This document shows, piece by piece, positions 19,763-30,518 of a stretch of 64,000 nt of DNA. Every line of letters starts with the position of its first letter. The first letter of the stretch is position 1. Origin of the DNA: Candidatus Sungiibacteriota bacterium (GTDB taxonomy: Bacteria > Patescibacteriota > Minisyncoccia > Sungbacterales > SURF-37); NCBI GenBank assembly GCA_016186145.1, contig JACPMF010000002.1, positions 82,473-146,472 on the forward strand. The letters are read 5' to 3'. The position numbers and the translations under genes are program-made. The notes beneath the pieces are model-generated. The model was not told the origin of the DNA. It saw nothing but the letters and a program-made list of their open reading frames with translations, and searched no databases.

Positions 19763-20566
19763 TCACGACATGTCTTCCGCGCTAAACCTGATAATGGCTC
19801 CGGATCGAATTACCGCCTGATGCACTCTCAAAAAAATAAAATAGCTCAAAAAAAGGTAGATCAGCGCGAGAAGCGCGCCGATGAAAAACTGGGAGTACGG
19901 AATCGTCCCCGAAAATATCACCTCCCGCATGCCTTCAAAAACGTAAGAAGCAGGAATAATCTTGGCGACCGGCTGCAAAAACAGCGGCAGCGTGGCAACC
20001 GGATAAAAGACTCCCGCGAAGGGACTGACGAGTGCCGCCATAGGCCAGACAATCCACTCGGCGGCCGGGCCAAACCGGAAAATAACCGCGGCGGCGGCTA
20101 TTCCGAACGAAAGCCCGAAGGTAAAAAGAATGAACAAAAAAAGCGCAAGCGCTGCTCCCAGCTTAAAAATAGTAAACCCGAATGCGACAAAGGCGATCAA
20201 AAGTATTCCCAAAAAACCGGTCATGCTCGTCACGGCACTCGTGAGCACAAGGCCCGCGATATACTCTGAAACCCTAAGAGGGGAAGCAAAATAATTAAGA
20301 AAATTGCGCGACCAAATGTCTTCCAAAATTGCCAGAATTACGCCGTGTTTGACGCGCACCAAAAAATCCCACAGGAGAATTGCGCCAAGAAGAAGCGGGA
20401 CAAAACTAAATCCTGACCTGCTTACCGTATCAAGATATCGGGTAATGAATCCCCAGAGAACGACATCAACCGCAACCCATATGAAAATGTTTGAAAAACG
20501 CGCCCAATTCGAGCGGATCAAAAGCATTTGCCGAAGAAAAACTGCGTAAATGCGGGAAACACTCAT
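19763..20566 (-). CDS. ABC-2 type transporter permease
   Basis: 267 aa with 6 TM helices and ABC-2 family topology, immediately downstream of the ATPase. Confidence 0.8.
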   Translation of the reverse strand: MSVSRIYAVFLRQMLLIRSNWARFSNIFIWVAVDVVLWGFITRYLDTVSRSGFSFVPLLLGAILLWDFLVRVKHGVILAILEDIWSRNFLNYFASPLRVSEYIAGLVLTSAVTSMTGFLGILLIAFVAFGFTIFKLGAALALFLFILFTFGLSFGIAAAAVIFRFGPAAEWIVWPMAALVSPFAGVFYPVATLPLFLQPVAKIIPASYVFEGMREVIFSGTIPYSQFFIGALLALIYLFLSYFIFLRVHQAVIRSGAIIRFSAEDMS

Positions 20567-20572
20567 AAAAAA

Positions 20573-21334
20573 TTACTCCGAGAGCAGGGGCTCGCGGGCG
20601 ATAGAAATAAAAAGTTCCTCAAGATCTTTCTTCCCGTTTTCCTGTAAAAGAGTTTTCGGACTGCCTTCCAATAAAATTTTCCCGTGTGACAGAAAAAGAA
20701 CCCGGTCGCACATCGCTTCTACTTCGTGCATGTTATGAGAAGTCCATAGAACGCCTCCGGAGTCGCGGTCGGCATAACCGCGGATTTTGTTCCGAATCAC
20801 CCACGCGGCAGCCGGATCAAGTGATGCGGTCGGTTCATCAAGGAGAAGTAGGCGCGGAAAATTGATCATGGCCTTTGCGAGATGCACCCGCGTCCGTTCG
20901 CCGGATGAAAGAAGACCGATTTTGGTATCCGCAAACCGTTCCAGATCAAATTCTTTTATGAGTTCTCGTATCCGTTCTTGAATATTTTTTACCCGATAGA
21001 GCAGGCCAAAAATATGCAAATTCTGTCGCACCGTCATATTGCCGGGAAGCTCGGCGTAAACGGCTGCAAAATTCACCGCTTCCATTACTTCAACGCGATC
21101 GATTTTTGAATCCCTGTTTAAAATTCTGATAGATCCGGCGGTCGGCTCAAGAACATTCAAAATCATGCTGATTGTCGTTGTCTTTCCCGCGCCGTTTGGG
21201 CCGACAAGACCAACGATTTCGCCGCTTCTCACGACAAAAGAAATACCGCGAACTGCCTCGAGAGAGCCGTACGCTTTAGTAAGATAATTAACTTCGAGAA
21301 CCACATCGTTAACAACTCCGGATTCCTTATTCAT
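20573..21334 (-). CDS. ABC transporter ATP-binding protein
   Basis: Walker A GPNGAGKTT, signature LSSGERTRV and Walker B LLLLDEP. The start is trimmed to the internal Met (MNKESG) to avoid overlapping the FKBP gene. Confidence 0.9.
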   Translation of the reverse strand: MNKESGVVNDVVLEVNYLTKAYGSLEAVRGISFVVRSGEIVGLVGPNGAGKTTTISMILNVLEPTAGSIRILNRDSKIDRVEVMEAVNFAAVYAELPGNMTVRQNLHIFGLLYRVKNIQERIRELIKEFDLERFADTKIGLLSSGERTRVHLAKAMINFPRLLLLDEPTASLDPAAAWVIRNKIRGYADRDSGGVLWTSHNMHEVEAMCDRVLFLSHGKILLEGSPKTLLQENGKKDLEELFISIAREPLLSE

Positions 21335-21389
21335 GATTCCTGCCTGCCCCGTAGTGAAGGCAAAGCTTTCTACTACCGAGGATTCACCA

Positions 21390-21860
21390 TCACCTGATTT
21401 CCAGCATCTCCACCTCAAAAATAAGAGTCGCGTTCGGTCCGATAACGTTGCCAGCGCCGCGCTCCCCATATGCGAGCTCCGGAGGAATGGTAAGACGCCG
21501 TTTTTCACCGACCTTCATTCCCTGAAGGCCCTGATCCCATCCTGGAATCACCTCACCTGCGCCGAGACTGAAAGAAAACGGCTGGCCCCTATCACGGCTT
21601 GAGTCAAACTTCCTGCCGTCAACAAGCGTTCCCACATAATGAACAAATACGGTGTTCCCGCTTTTTGCGCCCTCGCCGCCCCCCTCTGCCAGAACTTCGA
21701 TTTTTAATTCAGGTTTACTCATACCATCATTTGCCGGACCAATCGCGCTAATACCGTTTTCGGCCTGCTTATTCCGGTAATCAAAAGTGAAATAGAGACC
21801 CCCGAAAAACAAAACAGCGAGAGTCAAAACAACCATGAATTTTTTAGACGTGAAATCCAT
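21390..21860 (-). CDS. FKBP-type peptidyl-prolyl cis-trans isomerase, membrane-anchored
   Basis: FKBP_C motifs (VHYVGTLVDGRKFDSS...GWDQGLQGMKVGEKRRLTIPPELAYG) with an N-terminal TM helix. Confidence 0.9.
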   Translation of the reverse strand: MDFTSKKFMVVLTLAVLFFGGLYFTFDYRNKQAENGISAIGPANDGMSKPELKIEVLAEGGGEGAKSGNTVFVHYVGTLVDGRKFDSSRDRGQPFSFSLGAGEVIPGWDQGLQGMKVGEKRRLTIPPELAYGERGAGNVIGPNATLIFEVEMLEIR

Positions 21861-21981
21861 ACTGCAAACATTAACAAATTAGTAAACAATGCGCAAATTT
21901 TTATTTAATTGACTTATTAAAAATGCGACATATAATACGGTCAGCAGTTTAAAAATAGAAGACAAGAAACGGGAGGATAAT

Positions 21982-22626
21982 TTGCCAAAAAAGAACATCC
22001 GAAAGCTTTTGCTGGCGACGGCGCTTTTCCCGCTTTTTACCGCATCCTGCGCGGCCGCGCCAACAATATTGCCTGCTTCCCAGCAACTGACCGAAAAAGA
22101 AACTATCGCTGACAATCAAAAAAAACGCCAGTCATCGCCCCGCCTTATCCGCCATGTCCTTGTCGGATACGGAAAAAGCGTATATGAACTTCAAAGTGCC
22201 CGTATCAATGCCATTTTTGAAGAGGGTACCGTCGATGGATGGATAATAGAGGAAGACTACACCGGCTGCGCGCTTTACAGTTTTTCAATCTATGCTTTTA
22301 ACCCAACAAACGCAAAAACAAACCAGATTTTTATAAATGGCAATCTCTTCCAACGCTTTCGAACAGATCTCACTGGCGTCTTAAACGAAATGTTTTGGCC
22401 GCTTGGTTATACCAGCAGAGAAACCGCCGAGCTATTTGACGCAGCCGATTTGATTGTAGCCGAATACAATCGTTTGCTCCTGGAAAGGACCGACAAAGTC
22501 ATGCACCATACCGACAAACATGGTCCCTATAATTTGCTCCACCGAAAGAAAATTAGCGTTGAACCGCACTGCAAGCAATACGACGGCAAGCTCACTCCGA
22601 AAATTTTAAAAAAATTCTCACCTTAA
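21982..22626 (+). CDS. Lipoprotein, hypothetical
   Basis: TTG start with SD GGGAGGA; signal peptide with lipobox LFTASC; followed by a terminator. Confidence 0.55.
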   Translation: MPKKNIRKLLLATALFPLFTASCAAAPTILPASQQLTEKETIADNQKKRQSSPRLIRHVLVGYGKSVYELQSARINAIFEEGTVDGWIIEEDYTGCALYSFSIYAFNPTNAKTNQIFINGNLFQRFRTDLTGVLNEMFWPLGYTSRETAELFDAADLIVAEYNRLLLERTDKVMHHTDKHGPYNLLHRKKISVEPHCKQYDGKLTPKILKKFSP

Positions 22627-22655
22627 AAGCAGCAAACGAAGCTGCTTTTTCTCTC
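22627..22655. terminator. Bidirectional rho-independent terminator (AAGCAGCaaacgaaGCTGCTT)
   Basis: Perfect 7-bp stem flanked by T-runs on both strands. It serves the lipoprotein gene (+) and msrB (-). Confidence 0.6.
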
Positions 22656-22674
22656 ATCATACTCCGCTGGCGGT

Positions 22675-23082
22675 TCACCCTCCCTTCTCCAGATCAAGGC
22701 ATACTGAATTTATGCAATACCGCTTGCCGCCTTTTTCTTTAGGACCGTCATCGAACACATGACCCAGGTGCGCGCCGCATTTTTTGCAAAGAACTTCGGT
22801 ACGCCGCATTCTTGCCCGCCCGAAGCCGTCAGGCGAAGGAGGGCCTCCGCTTGTGTCCTCACGAAGCTCTATATTTTCGAGATTGGCGGGCTGGGTAAAG
22901 CTTGGCCACCCTGTTCCTGAATCAAATTTTGTGTCAGACGAAAAAAGCTCTGCTCCGCAGACCGCGCATTTATACATTCCTTTTTCGTGGCTGTCCACAT
23001 ATTTACCGCTAAACGGCAACTCAGTCCCCTTTTGACGAGCCACCCGATAAAGTTCCAATGGAAGTTCTTCGTCTTTTTTCAT
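22675..23082 (-). CDS. msrB: Peptide methionine sulfoxide reductase MsrB
   Basis: SelR domain with two CxxC zinc motifs and catalytic GTGWPSF...[16 protein letters not shown]. Confidence 0.9.
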   Translation of the reverse strand: MKKDEELPLELYRVARQKGTELPFSGKYVDSHEKGMYKCAVCGAELFSSDTKFDSGTGWPSFTQPANLENIELREDTSGGPPSPDGFGRARMRRTEVLCKKCGAHLGHVFDDGPKEKGGKRYCINSVCLDLEKGG

Positions 23083-23495
23083 TTTTGGATAAACTTTTTT
23101 ATCTTTTTAAAAACTCGGTCTTCCGCCGCCCACTGTTTCTTACGACTTACCCCAAGTTCTTTTCTGATAAGATCCTCTATTTTTACCGCGAACATATGCT
23201 CTTGTTTATAGGGAGCTTTCGGATGACGGCCTGGGCTTAAAATATTTTTAAAACGCCCTTTCGCTTTTTCTCGCTCAAACCATTCATCAAACTTTTTTAT
23301 TTTAGGCTCAATAATGCCCCGTTTCTGCGTAAGGTACAGCTCAATCAACTCATGAATAAGCACCAAAAAATTATAATCTGAATTTCCCATGTCAGCGGTA
23401 ACGATTTCCCACCCATACTTTGTTTTATAGTAGTCTCCGGCCGTTAAGTACCGCATCTTCTTCCATGGCTGAACTCTTAGTTTGTAGTTTGACAT
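23079..23495 (-). CDS. Hypothetical basic protein (138 aa) between msrB and msrA
   Basis: Its stop overlaps the msrB start (ATGA-type coupling). K-rich, with no recognised family. Confidence 0.5.
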   Translation of the reverse strand: MSNYKLRVQPWKKMRYLTAGDYYKTKYGWEIVTADMGNSDYNFLVLIHELIELYLTQKRGIIEPKIKKFDEWFEREKAKGRFKNILSPGRHPKAPYKQEHMFAVKIEDLIRKELGVSRKKQWAAEDRVFKKIKKFIQK

Positions 23496-23502
23496 TGCTT
23501 TT

Positions 23503-24084
23503 TTATTTACCTTTTTCTTTTAACAACTCCGCAAACTCCCTTTGAACTTTTTCAAGTTTCGGGTTTATTACGAGCTGACAATATGACTTTTCTTTGTTTT
23601 TCGCGTAATAGTCGCGATGATATTCTTCGGCCTCGTAAAAATTTTCCAGCGGCTTAACTTCTGTAACAACCGGAGCGCCGCCAGAATGTAAAGCATCGAT
23701 TTCTTTGATAAAGCTCTCTGCTTCTATCTTTTGCGCCTCGTTTGTGTAAAGAATGATTGAACGATACTGCGCGCCAACGTCCGAACCTTGGCGATTCAAA
23801 GTTGTGGGATCATGCGTTGCAAAAAAAACGGTAAGAAGGTCGCGAAAAGAAATTTCTGCGGGGTTGAACTCAATTTTTATTACTTCGGCATATCCAGTGT
23901 CACCGATTGAGACCTCTTCGTAAGTTGGAGGTTTTATCCCGCCACTTGCGGTGAACGAAGTCGAACCGCCCGCATAACCGGGCGTAACCGATAAAACCCC
24001 TTTTAGCATTCCGAAAACCGCCTCCGTGCACCAAAAACACCCGCCGCCAAATACGATAGTCTCCATATCTTTTGAACTCTCCAA
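23503..24084 (-). CDS. msrA: Peptide methionine sulfoxide reductase MsrA
   Basis: GGGCFWC active-site motif; 193 aa. Confidence 0.9.
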   Translation of the reverse strand: MESSKDMETIVFGGGCFWCTEAVFGMLKGVLSVTPGYAGGSTSFTASGGIKPPTYEEVSIGDTGYAEVIKIEFNPAEISFRDLLTVFFATHDPTTLNRQGSDVGAQYRSIILYTNEAQKIEAESFIKEIDALHSGGAPVVTEVKPLENFYEAEEYHRDYYAKNKEKSYCQLVINPKLEKVQREFAELLKEKGK

Positions 24085-24093
24085 TATTTCAAG

Positions 24094-24363
24094 TTAATAA
24101 GTTTTTGATGTCCTCCGTTCAAGATGAAAAACCAAAACTACACGCTCAGCAATCTTGACCCTATAAAATATGCGATAAGAACCAATACGGCGCCGCCAAG
24201 CGCCGTTTTCTCCTTTCATTTTTTGGATGTCGCCGAAATAAGGATTCTCTGGTAAAAGGCGAATGGCAACAAGAAGGTTCTCGATGTCAGACCGGGGAAT
24301 CTTTTTGAACGCCCGAAAAACACTGGAATCAATTTGCAAGTCCCAGCCTTTTGACGAGTTCAT
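24094..24363 (-). CDS. Type II toxin, RelE/ParE family
   Basis: 89 aa; C-terminal RIGSYRIFYRV...VLVFHLERR is typical of RelE/ParE. Confidence 0.7.
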   Translation of the reverse strand: MNSSKGWDLQIDSSVFRAFKKIPRSDIENLLVAIRLLPENPYFGDIQKMKGENGAWRRRIGSYRIFYRVKIAERVVLVFHLERRTSKTY

Positions 24364-24547
24364 TATAAGAGAGAGTTTTTTTCCTTTTAAAATTTCGTTC
24401 GGCTTGAACGAGTGCGCGCCTTTGTGCCGCTGTGGGTATAAATTCTTTTATCCGCCTCAATTCTAAAAGCGCCTCGTATTCTTTTCGAGGAACAATCACC
24501 AGATCGTCCTTTTGGGCTAATTCTTTAGGAATAGTAAATGTATCCAT
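24329..24547 (-). CDS. Putative antitoxin (72 aa) partnering the RelE/ParE toxin
   Basis: Small ORF immediately upstream that overlaps the toxin start by about 35 nt. The start is trimmed to MDTFTIPKEL. Confidence 0.5.
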   Translation of the reverse strand: MDTFTIPKELAQKDDLVIVPRKEYEALLELRRIKEFIPTAAQRRALVQAERNFKRKKTLSYNELVKRLGLAN

Positions 24548-24596
24548 AACGCTGTTATGATAACAAAAATACTTAACCGGTGCAACCGACAAAAGC

Positions 24597-24622
24597 GAAA
24601 ACCGCCATAAGGCGGTTTTCAA
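24597..24622. terminator. Rho-independent terminator (AAACCGCCataaGGCGGTTT)
   Basis: Perfect 8-bp stem with U-rich flanks on both strands, lying between the 67-aa ORF and the toxin-antitoxin pair. Confidence 0.6.
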
Positions 24623-24637
24623 AAAAAACAAATCCGA

Positions 24638-24841
24638 TTAGCAGCATTTACACCACCCTTTGCCGAAATGCATAAGCCCTGCAAGAATGACCAACACCGG
24701 CCAACCGACATTCACCACTCCCATTCCCCACCAGCCGAGATTACCGCCGAGAAACAAAAGCCCAAAAAGCACAATAAACACTCCGGGCATTTTGTGATGC
24801 GGACACTTACATACCATTCCTCCCGCATGTTCTTCCATCAT
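24638..24841 (-). CDS. Small Cys-rich membrane protein (CKCPHH ... CKCC)
   Basis: 67 aa with two TM helices flanked by Cys/His clusters. Hypothetical metal-binding. Confidence 0.4.
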   Translation of the reverse strand: MMEEHAGGMVCKCPHHKMPGVFIVLFGLLFLGGNLGWWGMGVVNVGWPVLVILAGLMHFGKGWCKCC

Positions 24842-24885
24842 ATTTGAAAAAGCGTTAAAACCCTGTCTCCCGACCTTTGCATCTA

Positions 24886-25671
24886 TTATACCACACCGGA
24901 CACCTCGTATTCTAAGTAGAGCGGCGAGTGATCAGAAACGATATCCGGCAATACTTCAAAGCGACGCACAATAACATCCGGAGTAACAAGAATATAGTCC
25001 GCAAAATTCGGCTCGTCCGGGTTATCATAGTGGCGATAAAGGACGGTTCTTGTTGATTGCACGGCATGTTCCTTGATCAAATTGCGCATCCCGGCCTCAA
25101 TAATTTTCATTGATTGCGTTTCCGGAAGCAAATTGAAATCGCCGCACAAAATTTTCGTGCCTGCAGTTTTTTCGAAAAAATTTCTTATGGTAACCGACTG
25201 AGCAATACGATCTTCCGTATCCGTCTTCGGGCCGGCATTCCATAAACCATGGAAATTCATTATCGTACACCCCCTTTCCTGATCTAAAATTTTTGCATAC
25301 TGTAATTTCCGCGCAGAAAACACGCGACTCCCCCGCTCGTTAACTTGTTTTGGCTCATATACCAAAAAATCGCCAACTTCTTTTATTTTTATCGGCGCCG
25401 TCCGTTTTATAAAAAACGCCAAACTTGAACGGTAAGGATTATCGTCAAAATGAGCAAAAAAACCTTCGAAGTCTTTTAGAACCGCGCCGATTTTCAAAAA
25501 GATGTCCCCGCGCACATGCTCTTCAGGGTGCCTTTCATCAAGCCCTTTTTGATCAGCGTGGTGGACCTCTTGAAGACAAAATATATCTAAATCGGGCCCT
25601 TTCTTTTTAAAAAATTCCAAAAGCGGATAGAGAGACCGGCCGCCCCATATATTAAGAGAAATAAGTTTCAT
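24886..25671 (-). CDS. Endonuclease/exonuclease/phosphatase (EEP) family protein
   Basis: MKLISLNIWGG...FCLQEV...SDHSPL motifs of the EEP fold. Confidence 0.8.
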   Translation of the reverse strand: MKLISLNIWGGRSLYPLLEFFKKKGPDLDIFCLQEVHHADQKGLDERHPEEHVRGDIFLKIGAVLKDFEGFFAHFDDNPYRSSLAFFIKRTAPIKIKEVGDFLVYEPKQVNERGSRVFSARKLQYAKILDQERGCTIMNFHGLWNAGPKTDTEDRIAQSVTIRNFFEKTAGTKILCGDFNLLPETQSMKIIEAGMRNLIKEHAVQSTRTVLYRHYDNPDEPNFADYILVTPDVIVRRFEVLPDIVSDHSPLYLEYEVSGVV

Positions 25672-25729
25672 CTTTTTAAAATAATCATACTACGCTTTTC
25701 TGTACCGACAAAGCTACCCGGCAACGGCC

Positions 25730-27541
25730 CTACCCTTTCCTCCTGGCGCCTGAACGCTCAACAGCCGTGAGATACCGTTTTCGAAGCCGGATGTTTTTGG
25801 GAGTAATTTCAAGAAGTTCATCCTCGTTCATGCTCTCAAGTCCGCGCTCTATGGTAAGTTCGTACGGGGGCGTTAAATTAATCGCCTCGTCTGACGCCGC
25901 AGCGCGGACATTCGTCAATTGTTTGCCTTTGGTAGGATTTACGCTCATCTCTTCACCCTTGGAAGTATTCCCAATAACCATTCCTTCATATACTTCGGTC
26001 TGCGGCCCTATATAAAGAGTTCCGCGTTCCTGAAGACCCCACAAAGAATACCCGGTTGCTTTTCCGCCAGCCATAGAAATCATTGAGCCCACGATGCGTT
26101 TCCGTATCTCGCCGGTATAAGGTCTAAATCCCACAACGCGGGAGGAAAAAATGCCTTCTCCTTTCGTATCTATCACGAACTGGTTGCGGTACCCGAGAAT
26201 GCCCCGAGTAGGCCCTTCAAAAATCATCCGCACGTTAGGATTCCGGTGCGCAATATTCTGCAAAACAAATCCGCGGGGTCCCAATCGCTCAATGATCGCG
26301 CCTTGATGTTTCTCCGGCGCATCGATAATTACTTCCTCAAAAGGTTCCTGTTTCAAACCGTTTTCCTCCCGAATAATAACCTGCGGCTGGGATACCTGAA
26401 GTTCGTACCCGGCCCTCCGCATATTTTCAAGCAGTATCGCGATATGGAGTTCTCCCCTTCCGGAAACGCGAAATGCCTCTCCGGAACCGAATTCAATGCG
26501 GAGCCCTACATTAACTTCAAGCTCGCGACGAAGATATTCTTCGATTTGGCGCGATGTAACGTATTTTCCATCCAGCCCCGCAAAAGGAGAATTGTTAACT
26601 AAAAAATCAAGCGAAATAGTCGGCTCATCAACCGCGATGGCGGGCAACGCTTTTGCCTCTTCGTCCGTGGTTACCGTCTCGCCGATGTCGATATTGGGAA
26701 GCCCTGCCACAAGCACGATATCTCCCGCGCCTGCTTCTTCTGTTTCCACCCGCTCAAGACCCTTAAACGTAAAAATTTTGGTGATTTTCCCGGAACGGGT
26801 TTCGCCATTAGGTTTTTTCACAAAAACATTACTGCCGGTCTTTAAAACTCCCGCATATATTCTTCCGACAGCCAAACGGCCCATAAAGTTATCGTAACCT
26901 AAATTAAAAGGTTGAAGCATAAGCGGTTTTGTAACCAGCTCCGGAGAAGACGCGGAAGAAAGATGAGAAATGATGACGTCAAAAAGAGGCGCTAAGTCGG
27001 TGGATTCATCAGTAAGATTTGTTTTCGCGATGCCAGCGCGCCCGTTCGCATACACCACCGGAAAATTCACCTGTTCCTCGGAAGCGCCGAGCTCCAGGAA
27101 AAGTTCCAATACCTGTTCCTCCGTGCGATGAGGGTCTGCCGCTTGCTTATCTATTTTGTTGACGACAACTATCGGCTTCAAACCCAACTCCAATGCTTTT
27201 TTAAGCACAAAACGCGTTTGGGGCATCGGCCCCTCTTGCGCATCCACCACAAGAAGCACGGAATCAATCGAACGAAGCACCCGCTCGACTTCCGAACCGA
27301 AATCAGCGTGCCCCGGAGTATCAACGATATTAATTTTTGTAGGAACTCGCCCCGAGTTTATCGAGGGGTAAAAAACCGCGGCATTCTTTGAATAAATAGT
27401 AATGCCGCGCTCAAGTTCGAGCGCGTTAGAATCCATGGAAATCCCCTCTTTGGCAACGCCGGTCTGGCGCAACATGGCATCGGTCAAAGTGGTTTTTCCG
27501 TGGTCTACGTGAGCGATGATCGCAATGTTCCTGATTTCCAT
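25730..27541 (-). CDS. typA: Translational GTPase TypA/BipA
   Basis: [18 protein letters not shown]1 motif and EF-G-like domain order; 603 aa. Confidence 0.95.
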   Translation of the reverse strand: MEIRNIAIIAHVDHGKTTLTDAMLRQTGVAKEGISMDSNALELERGITIYSKNAAVFYPSINSGRVPTKINIVDTPGHADFGSEVERVLRSIDSVLLVVDAQEGPMPQTRFVLKKALELGLKPIVVVNKIDKQAADPHRTEEQVLELFLELGASEEQVNFPVVYANGRAGIAKTNLTDESTDLAPLFDVIISHLSSASSPELVTKPLMLQPFNLGYDNFMGRLAVGRIYAGVLKTGSNVFVKKPNGETRSGKITKIFTFKGLERVETEEAGAGDIVLVAGLPNIDIGETVTTDEEAKALPAIAVDEPTISLDFLVNNSPFAGLDGKYVTSRQIEEYLRRELEVNVGLRIEFGSGEAFRVSGRGELHIAILLENMRRAGYELQVSQPQVIIREENGLKQEPFEEVIIDAPEKHQGAIIERLGPRGFVLQNIAHRNPNVRMIFEGPTRGILGYRNQFVIDTKGEGIFSSRVVGFRPYTGEIRKRIVGSMISMAGGKATGYSLWGLQERGTLYIGPQTEVYEGMVIGNTSKGEEMSVNPTKGKQLTNVRAAASDEAINLTPPYELTIERGLESMNEDELLEITPKNIRLRKRYLTAVERSGARRKG

Positions 27542-27698
27542 ATTTAGATAGCGAGTTTTGTCTTTAGTGCCCTAGACAGTGACATAAAAAATAGGCCCTC
27601 CCCGCGGCCCGAAACCTTTATCTAAAGATAAACCTAAAAATTGTTTTTGTCAATTTTGGCAGCAAGTCATGGTACCTCACCCCGATTTCTACGAAGAA

Positions 27699-28355
27699 CT
27701 AGTTAAATATCAAATATTGTCCCTCGCTTACAACCTCGACGTTTCCATCCACAACCTTAAGCGCTGACTGATCATCTAAAGCATAGATCTTCGCGGTCAT
27801 GCCCTTTATAGCTTCTTGAACATTTTTTTCTCGAACTTTTGGAAAATATTCCGAGTTGAGGTGCGGGAGAAAATAGAAATCAACATAATTGAGGCCGGGC
27901 ATATCCTCGGTCTTATCAAAATCTTCCTCATAAATTATTTGAGAAAGCTTTAAAGCCAGGTCCTTATTAGTCACCATACTGCCCGCACTTGAACCAACAT
28001 AAACTTTTGTTTTTAAAAACTCCGGAAGTATTTCCCTTAATCCCGACTTATTTACCCACTCCATGAGGTGGAAGGCGTTCCCTCCCTCAAAAAATAAAAC
28101 ATCCGCTGCCTCAATTTTCGGTCTCCAAATTTTTTCCGAAACAGCTGAAATATCAGCAATATCTATTGATTTAAAATCCTGCTTTTTTAAGTTACTCAAA
28201 TCGTCAATTAACCAACCCTTATCGCCAACCTCAACATTAGAGGCGGTTGGTATAAAAACCAGAAACGTATCTTCGGGCTTTTTGCCGACCAAATCAAACA
28301 AAGCGCCTGTTATCGATTTATTGGTCAACCCGCCTGAAGTTAAAAGTAATTTCAT
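27699..28355 (-). CDS. Peptidase S51 (dipeptidase E-like)
   Basis: MKLLLTSGG...VYVGSSAGSMV catalytic Ser motif. The start is trimmed from 28421 to the MKLLL Met. Confidence 0.75.
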   Translation of the reverse strand: MKLLLTSGGLTNKSITGALFDLVGKKPEDTFLVFIPTASNVEVGDKGWLIDDLSNLKKQDFKSIDIADISAVSEKIWRPKIEAADVLFFEGGNAFHLMEWVNKSGLREILPEFLKTKVYVGSSAGSMVTNKDLALKLSQIIYEEDFDKTEDMPGLNYVDFYFLPHLNSEYFPKVREKNVQEAIKGMTAKIYALDDQSALKVVDGNVEVVSEGQYLIFN

Positions 28356-28455
28356 AATATTAATTTTTAACAATCCGGCTAAATCCTTATAATTCAGCCG
28401 CCCAAAGCATATACATACCAATTGGCACTGAACAAATTGAGGCTTTGCAAAAAAA

Positions 28456-28923
28456 CTAGTCTCCGTCTTCGTTGCGAAACTGTAAATATTCCTGAACGCC
28501 CTTTAACCAGCCGCCTTTGAAATACTCTTCGGGTTTGAAACCGGACAGGCTAACCCAAAGCAATTCGGGATGTCTTTTTGAAGTTTTAACTTCACCGCTT
28601 TCTAATTTACCCTCGTAGCCAACAGCAAATATTCTAACCACGGGATTCCCCGGCGCTTGTTCAACCCTTTCATGCCTCATAAAAACAATCGGCTCACCGA
28701 TAGTATACTTGATGTCATCGCCTAATTCTTCTGACATTTTTCGTTTGATGATCTGATCCAGCGGCACTTCAAACTCGTCTTTTTTAATCCGCCCGCCCGG
28801 CAAATCCCAATCGCCAAAGTTGTCCTTCAATATCAAAAGCTTTCCGTCTTTTTCCAGAAAAACCTTTACCGCCACGAAATATGTACCTTTTTGCCCTTCA
28901 TTCATAGGCGCTTGATTTTCCAA
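28456..28923 (-). CDS. NUDIX hydrolase
   Basis: Nudix box-like LPGGRIKKDEFEVPLDQIIKRKMSEELG; 155 aa. Confidence 0.65.
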   Translation of the reverse strand: MENQAPMNEGQKGTYFVAVKVFLEKDGKLLILKDNFGDWDLPGGRIKKDEFEVPLDQIIKRKMSEELGDDIKYTIGEPIVFMRHERVEQAPGNPVVRIFAVGYEGKLESGEVKTSKRHPELLWVSLSGFKPEEYFKGGWLKGVQEYLQFRNEDGD

Positions 28924-29725
28924 TTAAATTTTCAACATTGTTTACAGTTCTGGAAATGTCTTCTTTTAAAACCCCGTGCTCATATAAATCTTTTACTAAA
29001 GCCACACAGATTTCAATAGCCTGAATAATTAATATATCGCCGTTATACATCTCTCTGGTAAAGAATCTTCCGTCTCCACTTTTATCAACGAAAGAATCTA
29101 AGCCTCCTATGTCTAAATGTACAGCTGGCGATAACTGCCTGTAGATAACATGATACATCCGTTGAAAATGACCGACTTGGATAGAAAAAATTTTAGCGTC
29201 ATCACAGTCTTTTGCTTTATCGATTAAGCGAATTCTCTTTTTACCATCAACCGGTTTATTACTTAATGAAAGTTTTGCCAGATCTGAATCAATCTTGTTA
29301 AAGGCTTTCTTCAAATACTTTTGATTAAAAAGGCTCTTTTCATCAACAGACACTAGGGACGGATGTTCTTCAATGAGCTTACTGACCCCTTCAAAACTCC
29401 TCCTAAACTCAGCGAGTTGGGTGCTGACAGATGTTGCTAGTTTTTTCTCTGAGTCACCGACTTGGTGATAAATAATATTTATGTGAGCCTCAAAAAGACT
29501 CCTGAGCAAAACGCTTGCCGCATTATACTTCCCACTATTGCAGAGAATGATTATTGCCTCGGTATAATTGAATACCGGTATGTAAGTAAAGTATAAATAA
29601 TTTTGTAGGTAGCCCCATGTATTTTGACGATCTTCCAACAACAAATCGAGTTGCTTTTTAAGAGCATAAAATTCTTTAACCACTTCTTCATTTTTTGATT
29701 TCAGCATTTCTGGGATGTTAAACAA
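28898..29725 (-). CDS. Hypothetical protein in an AT-rich segment (275 aa)
   Basis: Long ORF in a noticeably AT-rich stretch (about 37% GC by eye versus about 50% elsewhere). No recognised domain. Confidence 0.5.
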   Translation of the reverse strand: MFNIPEMLKSKNEEVVKEFYALKKQLDLLLEDRQNTWGYLQNYLYFTYIPVFNYTEAIIILCNSGKYNAASVLLRSLFEAHINIIYHQVGDSEKKLATSVSTQLAEFRRSFEGVSKLIEEHPSLVSVDEKSLFNQKYLKKAFNKIDSDLAKLSLSNKPVDGKKRIRLIDKAKDCDDAKIFSIQVGHFQRMYHVIYRQLSPAVHLDIGGLDSFVDKSGDGRFFTREMYNGDILIIQAIEICVALVKDLYEHGVLKEDISRTVNNVENLIGKSSAYE

Positions 29726-29761
29726 AGTTAGAGCCCCGCTATTGCAAAGAAAATTAAATTT

Positions 29762-30445
29762 TTAAAGAGGAAATTTCCTTAAATATTCGCGTACAAAAAA
29801 TTTTCCCTTTCCAGTTAACTCTAATCTTCCACTGGATTGAGTCGTGAGACCACTGGCGTGAACAAAGGCAATAGCATCTTTTGGCGTCTCCGGTTTAGGC
29901 CAGCCGTCGTTTTCATAAATATCTCTTATAATATCTCTGAATTTATAAAAAAGATGGGTTCTTGCAAAATCCTGATATTCTATAAGCCATCGATCTTCAT
30001 CTGTCATATTCTTTTGAATTGTCCTTTCGCTCGCCGCTTGTTCTGTTTTTATTACGGCAAGGTGTTTAAGTTGTTGGCTTTCCTTTTTTTCGTACTCAAG
30101 ACGTATCTCATCAAAAACTGATTTACGAGAAAAATAATGCTTCGTACTCACCCGATGTGCCCAATTATGCAATGGCGGCAACCACTCAATAATTAGATAT
30201 GTTAGTACAGCAGGCGGGAAAAAAATCCACGCCGCGTTAACAAAACCCCACCATCCCGTCCCCCATAGTAAATTTTGCTGGATATATTCAATCTTAGGAA
30301 TCCGGACTTGGTCTGTGCTTTCCCAAAACAGCACAAAAACGATTTTCCAATTCCACAAAATAAAAGAGGTTAAAAAAACTCCGTACAACGGACTCGCCGT
30401 TCTTTCTCTAAACCACGCCGATATTGAATCAAAAAGTCCACTCAT
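29762..30445 (-). CDS. Hypothetical membrane protein (N-terminal TM helices, cytoplasmic C-domain) in an AT-rich segment
   Basis: The start is trimmed to MSGLFDS because the longer track ORF overlaps tRNA-Gln. AT-rich. Confidence 0.5.
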   Translation of the reverse strand: MSGLFDSISAWFRERTASPLYGVFLTSFILWNWKIVFVLFWESTDQVRIPKIEYIQQNLLWGTGWWGFVNAAWIFFPPAVLTYLIIEWLPPLHNWAHRVSTKHYFSRKSVFDEIRLEYEKKESQQLKHLAVIKTEQAASERTIQKNMTDEDRWLIEYQDFARTHLFYKFRDIIRDIYENDGWPKPETPKDAIAFVHASGLTTQSSGRLELTGKGKFFVREYLRKFPL

Positions 30446-30518
30446 AGAATATTGCCCAAACTCCGGAACAGGGAATCGGCTATAAGTATATTTCCTGACG
30501 GAAATTTCCCGCGCAGAA

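Noticed and set aside
20573-21508. Long form of the ABC ATPase ORF (311 aa)
   Set aside because: The N-terminal 58 aa overlap the FKBP gene by about 120 nt and lack ABC features. The internal Met before the conserved N-terminus was used instead.
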